Positions 23,629 to 34,075 of a DNA stretch of 64,000 nt are shown in pieces. Position 1 is the stretch's first letter. The number at the start of each line of letters is the position of its first letter. The notes beneath the pieces are model-generated. The model made no database searches. It saw only the letters and a list, made by a program, of their open reading frames with translations, and was not told the DNA's origin. The position numbers were made by a program, and so were the translations under genes. Source of the stretch: Entomortierella parvispora E1425 (lineage: Eukaryota > Fungi > Mortierellomycota); assembly GCA_020891255.1 (NCBI GenBank), contig BQFW01000002.1, positions 186,001-250,000 of the forward strand. Reading direction: 5' to 3'.

Positions 23629-25887
23629 ATGGGCCACTCTAATAACTGGTTCTCTGTCCACCTCGACAAGCCCTATGTCGTGATCCCTTCCTCCACATCA
23701 TCAGAAGCACCATCAGAAACAGCACCCACAAGCACACCAGCAGACTCTGATCCGGACAGAGGTCGAGTCAAGGGAACTGTGGTCCTTCATCTCACCAAAC
23801 AAACAAAAGTCAAGTCGCTCTCTATTGTGTTCTCGGGCCTCGCCCGAACAGCCTTCTACTTTGATGCTTCTCGAATCCAAGGATCAAAAGAGTGTGTCGC
23901 CACAGGTAAAGTAAAGCGTCATCGATCATTTTTGTTTTGTTGCTGCAGCTTGGTACAGATTGGGACAAGTTGAGGCAGTTTACTTTGCCGAAGGATATTT
24001 TCAGCTGGGGCAAGAGAGAGACAGGGCGTAGGGGGCCAGTTACCCCGACAGTCTATGATCCGGGGGATGAATGTTCAAGGCCAGCAGCACCATGCCTTAT
24101 TAGTTGAACGCTCCACGTTTGTAACCGATTGACATCATCTCGAATCATTTGTGTGGTCGAACTTTGGTACGACCACGATTGATTCCACTAAAGGCAGAGA
24201 GGGCCGACTCTTTCCATAGACTTGTTTGTGTCTATGATGTGTTGCGGGTGCAAAAAAAAAAGATCAGAGAGCAGTGGTTCTGGGTGGTATGTGCATTTTG
24301 AGAGACATGGATCCGATGCAGGCACCTTCAGGGGCGTTTGATTCACAAATAGTGCAAACAGCGACAAAATATGCCTCATTTGGGCCAGGAAAGGAACGCT
24401 TCGTGGTTTTTTTTTGCTCTTGCTTACCTGCTGCGGGCAATGGAGCCATTTTTATCTTTTTTTCTTCAATGCCACGCACAAAGGGGTAGTTGGTCAGGGC
24501 GCAACGCAGGGGAACCGGAGTGAATTAAAACTGGACCAGACCCATCGGAGTAATAATAGGATCCCTGGGGACATGTATTATAGAGAACTTTTTTTTTCTG
24601 ACACGCGTCATTCTTCCTCCCGTCTTTCACCCTATAGACAAGAGCACGTTCAGCTGCTCTTTGGTCCACGAAACCGAGTCGCTCATCGTCACCGAGCCAA
24701 AGAATCCATTGGTCCTTCCAACTGGCACACACACCTTCCCCTTCTTCTTTGCCGTCCATGAATCATTACCAGCTGTCGTCTCGTCGCGGCCGATTTGTAT
24801 CAATTACCAAGTGACAGCCTCCCTTCAATTGATGTCGCTTTTGCCTTTCACCTCCCCTTACCAATCCACAAAACCCGTCATCCTGATCCACAAGGACGAA
24901 GATTTGAATGAGGACTTGTTCAACACGAGTTGCTTACGATTCACCTCCAAGACCTCGGAGAGATTCTCGGGTCAAGTGAGTTTTCCTTGCAAGGTTCTAC
25001 CTCAGTCGGGCACTGTCCCTCTGATGTTGAACCTTAGTCTGAAGGGCAATGCCACCTCCGTCAAGAGGCTGACGATCGAGCTTTTGGAGTCCATATACGT
25101 GTTGGCCGGTGGTGATGAGGCAGAACCTTCCTCAGAGATCCTCGTGGATGAACGACTTGTCTCTCGTCAAAACTGTCCCCTTCAGAACTGGCCCACCTCT
25201 ACTGTTGAAGAACCCGTCACGATCCCCAAGCGATTGATGTTCAAGATCCCACAGGCACCGCTCAACAATTGGTCCAACATTGATTGGGAGGTCACCCCAA
25301 CATCCTATCGGGCGAGTCTCGAAAAGGGATTCTGTCACACGTCTGGACGTCTGGCCACTGCCAATACCCGGGTGGCCCACTGCATCCGCATCTCGATCCA
25401 ACTCCAGGGACTGACGTGCGACCAAGAGTCAGAGATCGAATTTGACTCTGCAGAGAACGAGATTGAGGTCATGATTGTGGGCCATCAAGAATACAAGGAC
25501 GATGAGTCCCATCCACCCAGCTACTATCGATCCTTCACCACAGAACTGGTCGACGGCGCCAAGATTCACGAGATTGACCGACAGGCCATCGAGGCTCTTC
25601 AGGACGAGCTTCCGCATCACGCTCACTGCGGCCGTCATGAGGGCGGCAATACTATGCAATTGCCCAGCTATAATGATATTTTCGCCTGTGCCTCAAACTC
25701 TTCGCAAGCTTCCGGTTCTTCATCTGCATCGTCGTCCAGAGTCACTTCTTGGACGGGTCCTAGTCAAATCAGTCTTGACCAATACTCATTAGCGGAGAGT
25801 ACGGGCAGTCAAGATTCGTATTACGCCAACCTTGCAGCCTACACTGCAAGGTATTCTAACGGCTCTGCAGCCGTGTATGCCTCCTAA
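23629..25887 (+). CDS. Alpha-arrestin (arrestin-related trafficking adaptor)
   Basis: Exons 23629-23905 and 24638-25887 (732-nt intron, 508 aa). GRVKGTVVLHL..KVKSLSIVFSG and LPTGTHTFPFFFAVHESLP are arrestin-N-like; PY motifs PPSY and LPSY lie in the tail. Confidence 0.85.
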
Positions 25888-26103
25888 TGCATTCAAAGAT
25901 AATGAAAATAAAAAATAAAACAATGAAAAAAAGGTCCAATTGTGGTCTGTGGTCTGTGGTATGTTATTTTCTCCTGTTCATCATCAATGAGATCGAGAAG
26001 TGAACACAGACATAGCACAGCTGAGAGGATAAAGAGTCATTGGTTTTTTTTTTTGCAATTTCAAAAAGAAAAAAGTGACAACAAAAGAGTTGGTGTTTAT
26101 TCT

Positions 26104-27110
26104 TTAAGCACGCTCCTTGCGGTCACCGCGGGGGCGGCGGGTCTCGACGGGGGCCTGCTTGACCTCGACGGCGGAGACACCGGCCAACTCCTCGAAGTTC
26201 AAGGACTTGAGCAAGTTCTGGGTCTCGGTATCGATCTCAATAGCAGAGGTATCGAGAGCAGAGAACTCGGGAATGTAGTTGTCCTTGCGCTCGCGCTCCT
26301 CCTCCTGAAGCTTGAAGGAGATACCACGGACGGGTCCGCGCTGAATACGCTTCATCAAGTGGGTGGTGAAACCAGCAATCTTGTTACGGAGACGCTTGGA
26401 GGGGATGATGGCGACCTCGGAAGCAATCTTCTTGTTGGTCTGGAAGTCCAGAGTCAAACGAGGGTAGTACTTCTCGATGAGGACCTTGGAAGCCCTCTTG
26501 ACAGTCTTGGTACGAACGCGACCCTGTTTGCAAAAGAAAAAAAGAAGAATCCAGAGGTCAGTTCAGCTGATCGGTTTGCTGAAATTGTGATATCGTAGAG
26601 TCTGCCAAGGAATTGCTCCTGCTGTTGTTGTTGTTGTAGTCGCTGCAGTCATTGTATTTATTGTAGTTATTGCGGACGGTTGTTACTGCTGTTGTAGTTG
26701 CCTTCCGATGCAGATCAACATCTCGGCAGTCTTTGAGGAAAGAGCCTCTTAGAGGAGCCGATCCTGATGCCTGTAACTTCCATTGCTGATGGTTGTGACT
26801 CCTTGGATCTGTTGTAGGTAAACACTGCAGCGACTTTCCCAAAGACGGAGGCTGGCATCCGTTTGCCTCTGATGTTGCCATGTGAAGACTGAAGAGTCGC
26901 CCCGAAAAAGTGATCAAGTCAGGAATGGCTGAAGAGCGAGCGGGGAGCTGTTTCCACCACCCGTAAATCAGTCCAACCCCTCCAAGATGCCATTCTGAAT
27001 CGGATGCAGTGATCGATGGTTGCTGAATCGCCCATTGTCCCGATGGATGGTATCCTTCGTCGATGGATGCCTCCTGTGTTGCACTCTGATTTGGCAGCGT
27101 GACTGACCAT
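26104..27110 (-). CDS. RPS17: 40S ribosomal protein S17 (eS17)
   Basis: ATG-only first exon (27110-27108, ccaaaATG|gtcagt), 584-nt intron, exon 26523-26104: [58 protein letters not shown]. Confidence 0.97.
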
Positions 27111-28537
27111 TTTGGATAATTGATTTGAAAGAGGAGGTTTGATCCAAACCGAGCGCACAGAGCGAACGCCTATATCTCGGTGATAGACCCTTAATGGAAA
27201 TCTTTTGAGACAGTTGGTGGCAAATCCACGTCGCTTGGTGGCTCTGAGTTGCTGGTTCCTTTGCATGTGTGGCAAGATGAACTCAGCCTTCACTCAAACA
27301 AAGGCAGTTCCCACTGTCAGCCTCTCTCTTTCCGTTACTGCTGGTCCTCCTGGTTGTTACTGCTAGTCCCGCTTCCCCTAATTGCGTCTGTGGTGCTGTG
27401 TGCACTCACTTTTTTGTTCTCTGCCAATCGCAGCGAGACCAAAAAAGGGGTTCTTCCTCGCAAATCGTGCAATGCATTTGCACCCACAGCCGCGCGTCAG
27501 ACAGCCCATCCTTTCTTTGTCACACCTGGGGATGCGGAAGAGAATCCAGAAAAAAAAGTACTGGGGACATGCCGGGATTCCTCTGTTCTTCTCTCCATCT
27601 ACAGTAGTTGAGCCTCGTTTTTTTTTTTTTTTTTTTGAGTGCCGAACAGCTGAAGTTTTCTATTATTTCCTGCACAAGAGATGCCAAGAGGACAGAGAGC
27701 GAATTGCAAAGAGGTACGGTACGAGAGGAAATTGAAGTTTGGCGTAATCGCATCGTCTCGCTTTTTCTCGTACAGGCACGACCTGCGCCAAATGAATCCA
27801 AATAAACAATCGATCCCTGGACAGAAATAGCAATTGCTGGCACACGACCCGCGAGCGGAATTTGTCCTTTTCTTTTTCTTGCTCTCAACTCAACCTTGCA
27901 CCACAAGGCAAGCCACACGACACATTCTTTTTGCCCTTTCACCAAACAAACCCTTACGGGAAGGGGCAGCGGACTAAAATAACAACCCTCTTCCTCACAC
28001 GAGCTGCCAATATCTCGTGCAAGAGCCTCAATTGGCCGAGGAAGTACCTGAACTGGAGCAAGTGCAGTCTGCCCACGCCCACTTTGTTCTTTCTTTTCTC
28101 CTCTGCCAAAAAAAAAAAAAAAAAAAAAAAAAAACAACCCCCACCTCCCATCCCCTCCCCAACCCTTCTCCTGTTTCGACCCTCTGTCTAAGGGTCTTTT
28201 CTCCAAGCCGCTCCCTGCTTCCACATTCGTCCCTTTCCCGAACCACCTCCTTTGGTGTCTCTGTTGAGGTAAAGATGTTCAGACAGTTGCACTAGTCGCG
28301 CAGCGCCTCGTTGTTCATGCACGAGGCCCACAATAGCAGACGAGCAGGTTCGGTACGGCGCCTTGCCTTCGCCCACCTGCCGTCTTGCCGCACCCTTTTC
28401 GTGCTTTGTTCTTCTTTTATCTCATCCATTCTTCCATTTTTACCTTTACCAACAATCTAAAAAAGAACAGAAGCGCGGACAAAGACCTGCATCAGTCCGA
28501 TATTAGATCATAATACATTTGTCCAAGAGATACCACC

Positions 28538-30002
28538 ATGTCGACACCCTTGTTTGATTTACCGACACAGCAACAGGAGGAGAAGAGAGGTGGTCGTTCT
28601 CAACTCCAAACGGCTTCCACAGTAGACCCAAGCACTTTTCCTTCAGTGGCCAGTCAACTTCAAAGCAATTACAACAACAACAGCCATAACAAAAACAATA
28701 CCGACTCTTCTTCTTCTCCCTTTTCCACTAATACCGCGGCTTTTCATTCACCCTACGGTGGGCTTCAACAAGACATTAGCGTCCCCCACGAACAAGGACA
28801 AGCGTCCTCCAGTTTTCCCTCTTGCTCTTCACCATCGGCTCCACAACCCTCTTCTTTCTGGACACCACCACCATCTGCTCAGCATCCCTCACCCTATCAG
28901 CCATCGTCGACCAGCCACCCCAGCAACGATCACCCCTACCAACAACAACCTCCAGCGACTCGTTTGACAGGTGACGACCACCAGCCAACGGCAACAACAA
29001 CCTACCCCTGGGCGATTCACTCGGCTACATCTTCTGTCTCGGTCTCGGATTTACCTAACGCGACGCCTACAGCGACGACCACCTCTCGCTTCCATCCTCA
29101 GCGCTACTCTGAACGCCGTAAATTAGTCCAATCGTTCCAATCCTCGGTCGATTCGTCTCGAGCACAAACCCCCGTTGCCATGGATTCACGACCTCGTCTT
29201 GGCCTGTCCAACAATGGTGACAACCATGATAACAACAACAAGGGGATGTACCTCCCTTCAGGGACAGAGGAAGCCCGTTTTTCACGCCAGTCACTTGAAA
29301 CTCTTTCCAACTCGCGGCCTCTTTCCCCTGTATTGAACAAGACAGCCAAGAAGCCGTTCTGGATGTCGTTCCCCCGTCGCTTCCGGCCCAAGGGCGCCGT
29401 CCGACCCAAAAAGTCCGACTCGTGGGGAAACAAGAAGGCAAAGTTCTCGAACGAGCGAACCTTGGTCCATTGGATCAAGGCAGCCATGTTGCTGGGTTCG
29501 TTGTCCATGACGCTCCTGTCGTTCAGCGAGAACAATGTGACGCCCTATATTGGCGCGGTCCTCATCACGATCTGTTGTTTGACCTTGGTCTACTCGGTCA
29601 CGACCTTCCAAGTGCGGATGGAGTGGATTGATATGCGGAGAGACGATGTCGTTTATTACGATAGAAAGGCTCCCACTGTCCTCTCAGTGTTGTTGATGGC
29701 TACATTTGCATTCAATGCCGTAGGTATGTAACAATTGGAGAGCGAGAGAGCGAGAGAGAGAGAGCCGAGTCGCTTTTTTTTTTCTTTGTTTTTTTTTGCG
29801 TCGTGTGGTGTCTGTGCCTGTGCCTGTGCCTGTGCCCATTGCTTTGATTGTTGTGCCTGGAAAGAACCAAATACGTTGTTCCGGTGTCCATTTATTTCCT
29901 CTTTTGACTGACATCCCCCTCCTCCTCTCACCTCTAGTGACTTATACGGGCGACTTCACCTCCAACAAGGTCTACCTCCACAAGAAAGGCTTTGACGGCT
30001 AG
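28538..30002 (+). CDS. VTC-type DUF202 three-helix membrane protein (Vtc1-like domain) with a ~300-aa disordered N-terminus and no SPX domain
   Basis: Exons 28538-29723 and 29938-30002 (416 aa). KAKFSNERTLVHWI..LLGSLSMTLLSF..YYDRKAPTVLSVLL parallels the VTC NERT..W and DR.GPT.L motifs. Confidence 0.85.
29813..29836 (+). repeat. (TGTGCC)4 hexamer repeat in the DUF202-gene intron
   Basis: tgtgcctgtgcctgtgcctgtgcc read directly. Confidence 0.85.
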
Positions 30003-30605
30003 AGGATTTTTTTTTTTTGGCCTCCCAACACATACACAGCTTTTCAATCTTTTTGCATTTCTTCATCTAATCTAAAAAAAAAAGGGTCTCTCTGGCTCTG
30101 GCCCTATTTCATCGTCCACAGAACCATAATAAACTTTTTCTTTGGCCTACTTCCCTGTTTGCAATTGAAATAGTGTGCGGAGCCTTGCTCTGATATGAGG
30201 GCAAGCGGACAATTGAGAAAGCTTTTTGATGAGCAAAAAGACAGATGGACCGTCAGGACCCGTCAAGTTGTGCAGGTAAAGAGAACTGTCTTGAGGGGAA
30301 AAAAAATGCATTTACTTTCAAAACTGGACTATGAATCTGAGTGTTTCCCCAATCTTCTCCTTTCACTCTTTCTCTTTCATCTATCTACTTTCATTGGTAT
30401 TATGTTCGAAGGGGAAAAAAAAAGAAGACAAAAGTAAAAGAAATATACTCTCAACCCTACTCTTTTTTTTTCAGAGAGAAAAAAAAGGAACGGGGAGGGC
30501 ATGTGGGGGTAATGTTGTACGGAAAAATGGTGGTGATGGGTGATAAAAAAGAAAGAGCGAGGGAGAGGAAGGCGGCGACGGCTTTTTCATTAAGCCTGTA
30601 CAGCC

Positions 30606-33600
30606 TTACGCTCCTGTGCTGATCTTGCTGGGGGTGTTGGTCATGATGAATTTTGCTATATTCCCAGAAAAGAGATGAAGAGAAGCGTTAGTGGACCGAT
30701 CAGAATAAAGTTCGCAAACAAGGGGGAAAGAAAACCAGAGATAACAAGGCACGCTATCCCAATGAAGCAGGAAACTTACTGTAGAAGTTCAAGAAGTAGG
30801 CACCGAACAAGAACACACACAAAACTGTGGGTCCGATACGGTCGTGGAACTGACGGTTGGGCTTGGTCGACAAGATGTTGGACAAACGGATGTGGAAGAT
30901 ACCCAAAGCGTACAACATGGCCAAAAGAGTAATCACCGTCAACACTGCTCCTGAGAGCTTTGTCATGTTGGTTCCAAAGTTCAGCAAGGTCAATGAAATC
31001 TATCGTTACAAAAAAAAAAAAAAGTTTCATGGTCAGACGCCATCGCTCATATCAAGGTAAACTCCAAGACCTTCGAAACAGTTCTAATTTTCTTTTTGGT
31101 TTGAAACTTACAGATCCAAGCAAGACAGAGAATTGGAGCCAGTTCAGGAATGTACGCTCGTTGGCAAAGAACACCTTGGGCTCCATCCGCACGGGTGCCT
31201 GGGCACGCTTGGGTGCTGTGGACGTGCGCTTCTCACGGAATCCGAACCGCTTGCGACGAATCGTCGACTTTTTGCGCAAAAGACCCTCGTCATTCTCATT
31301 GTTGCCATTGTTGCCATTGTTGCCGTTCATGTTGTTGTTCTTCTCGGTCATGAAAGACTCAGATCCCAGAGACAAATGTGAATCCCGGTTGTTGAGGCGA
31401 TCGATCCAGGGTCTTGATGGTGGTGCCATCAGGGCCTGGTTGGAGACTGTTGAGCCATTGTCAACCAAGGGATGAGACCCTGTCACGCTCGCCTTTGAAG
31501 CCACACCCAAGGGCTGGTTATAAAAGTTGGTTGGTTCAGCAGGGCGGCGGTTGGCATTCTTCTCGGCCATCTTTTGTTGATATGTGGCCTTGTCCATTGT
31601 CTTGGGGATCTTGGGCTCAAACTCTGACAAGGACTTTGCGCCTGCCACTGTGGATTCTGAACCGCCCTCGATCAAGGCTCTAGGAGCAATTGGTGGACGC
31701 AAGTTGATCTGAGGTGTACCCACGGGCCAAGCACGGGGTAAGAACGAAGTCAAGCCGAAATCAGTATTGGGGGGCTTGCGAATATCCTGATCCATCTGGG
31801 GCAACCAGAAGGGCAAGATCTGGATCTTGTCTTCCAACAGCGTGGCCACACCGTGAATATACTTTGAGAACCTTGGGCAGGACTCGACCAAATGTGAGTT
31901 GATCAGCTCCACAATCCAGGCTGGGGGCTCCTGTCCGTGATGGGTCTGAAGCTTGACCTCCAAGACGGCATAGGGGAAACGGGTGATATCCTCTGCGGGC
32001 AACTGCTTGAAAGGCCAGTCAATACCGATGTCCTCACGCTTCCAGTTGTTGCCTGCACGGGCCCTGCCACCATAGTCATCCTCACGAATCAAAGCCAACT
32101 CGGTGTCCAAAGAGATACGCACACGGGCATCGTTATGGAGCTGGAAAGCAGTACGGCGGTAGAACGCACGGATGGTGGGTCTCATCTTCTTGGTGACCAA
32201 ACTCTTTTGGACATCGTTGGCGAGCTTCTGCATGACCTCGACATCCTTGACAGACTTTTGACCACGGGAGCGAAGTTTGGCAAACTTGACATCCATGGTA
32301 TAATCGCCCGAGAGGTAAGGGTTGATGTACTTTGTCTTAATGGGGAATCGCTCCTTGACACTCTGCTCGCCCGTCCACTTTTCACGATGGACCTTGCGCT
32401 CCAAGAAACATTGGCCGTTCTCGGTGGGCATTGGTCCGTACCAGCGGATACGAATAGCCTGGGCCATGTCCGACTTTTCCAAACGTCCTTGGTAACACTC
32501 AAAATCGTCCGAATCAACATAGACTGAGGAGATGGCCGAGTCGTTCTCCTCATACTCCTTCTTAGTGTTGAAAACCAGGACGGGGAGGTGTTTCATGATG
32601 ACGAGCTTGACCTCGGTAATGTTGTCGGGATGGACCCAGTACTTTGTGGTGTCACGCACGAACGCGTTCGAGTCCCAGTTGGCGAACTGGTCATCGCCCT
32701 TAAGCTTCTGGCCACGAGCCGTGACGATATGGTAGATGGAGGAGAGGCGAACGATGACGGCATCGTAGTTCTCCTTATGGAAGGGCTTGGTGTTGAGTCG
32801 GACGTGGAAGATGGACTTGAGCATCCATCCGGTTTGTTTCTATTTTTACGTGGCAAAGGTACAGGTACAAGACAGGTACAGGCACAGGGCAAAAGGGAAA
32901 AGAAGCGTATTAATATCAGACTCTCATGCAATCCAGCTGCGGTAAAAATAAACCTTGAGGAAATCACAAGTCAGCTCGGTAAGACCCAAGGTGTGGTGCC
33001 CCGTTCCCAAGTGCGCGTAATCGAGAAAAACACGAGCAGAAACAAAAACAGGTGCGTTTGCCGACAGGGGGGGGGGGGGAACAATGGCCGAAAGAGAAGG
33101 GTGCCCAGGAGGATCCCGAAGGGGGGGGAGAAGGACAGGAGACAGACGGAGACGGGGAGAGGCACTGCCACAAGCAAGGCCTGGGTCAAGCAGGCCATCA
33201 GCCAGCGTCGGGCCCATAAAAAAAAGAAAGAGTCGGGGGGCTAATCGCCCAGTCTGGACGATCAGGCTCTCCTGTTCTTTTTTTAATACCACGCTCATGG
33301 CAGACAGGCCGCAAATGCAATGAGAGCAAGTCCGTTTTCGCAAATCTGTCGTGTGGTGCAATCGCGGGTCTTTTTTTTTTTTTTTTTCCCTTTTGGAAAG
33401 GGGTTGCATGGCCTTGATCCCTTGTCGGGATCTGGAGGGGGGACTGGAGGATTGGAGGGAAGGGGGGGGGGGGTTTCTTCTCTCACTCATTCTTTCTTGC
33501 GGTCGTGTGGTGTCGATTGTTACAGGTCAAAGTCTGGTCGTGTGCAGTGGCTGTGTTGGTGTGCGTGTGTTTGCCGGGAACATATCTTTTTGGTCCCTTT

Positions 33601-34075
33601 TTTTTTTTTTTTTTTTTTTTTGCCCAAGCCCACCATTCAAACAGGGGAGAGAGTAAGGGAAGGCAAGTCAATTGAGGGGGGGGCAACTTACATCGTGCTT
33701 CTTGACGATCTTGAGGAATCCGGTATAGTTGAGGCGAGTGTACTTTGCCAACACATCGATCTCGGCCACCAATCGGTACAGCTCGATTTCGAGTGCCCTC
33801 CACGTCTCCTCCTCTGCTCCATTTCTCTTGAAATCCTGAGCCTGGGTGCTGTAGAAGGAGAGCTTGCGGTGGACCTCACCAATCTTCACGTTCTGGAAGC
33901 TGTAGACCTTCTCCAACTCACGTTCGAGCAACTCTACAAAGTAGCCCTCGTCAGTCTCGGTCCAGTGCTGCATGGCCGTGCGGGTCTTGAGCACGTTCTT
34001 GAGTTCGTCATAAGAGATGTAGTTGAAGGACCATTCCGGTTGAATGGACTCTTCTAGGTGCTGTCCAAACTTCAT
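30606..34075 (-). CDS. VTC4: Vacuolar polyphosphate polymerase Vtc4 (SPX + TTM polymerase + DUF202)
   Basis: Exons 34075-33692, 32839-31112, 30999-30780, 30655-30606 (793 aa). SPX: [28 protein letters not shown]|K. Catalytic motifs [41 protein letters not shown] region [14 protein letters not shown]. The last exon is less certain. Confidence 0.95.

Noticed and set aside
25942-26598. 218-aa plus-strand ORF antisense to RPS17, and similar antisense ORFs over PGK, VTC4, the MFS and GST genes
   Set aside because: Shadow ORFs caused by codon bias of the real genes on the opposite strand.
26524-27107. snoRNA hosted in the long RPS17 intron
   Set aside because: No C box (RTGATGA) on the sense strand; an H/ACA RNA cannot be judged by eye.
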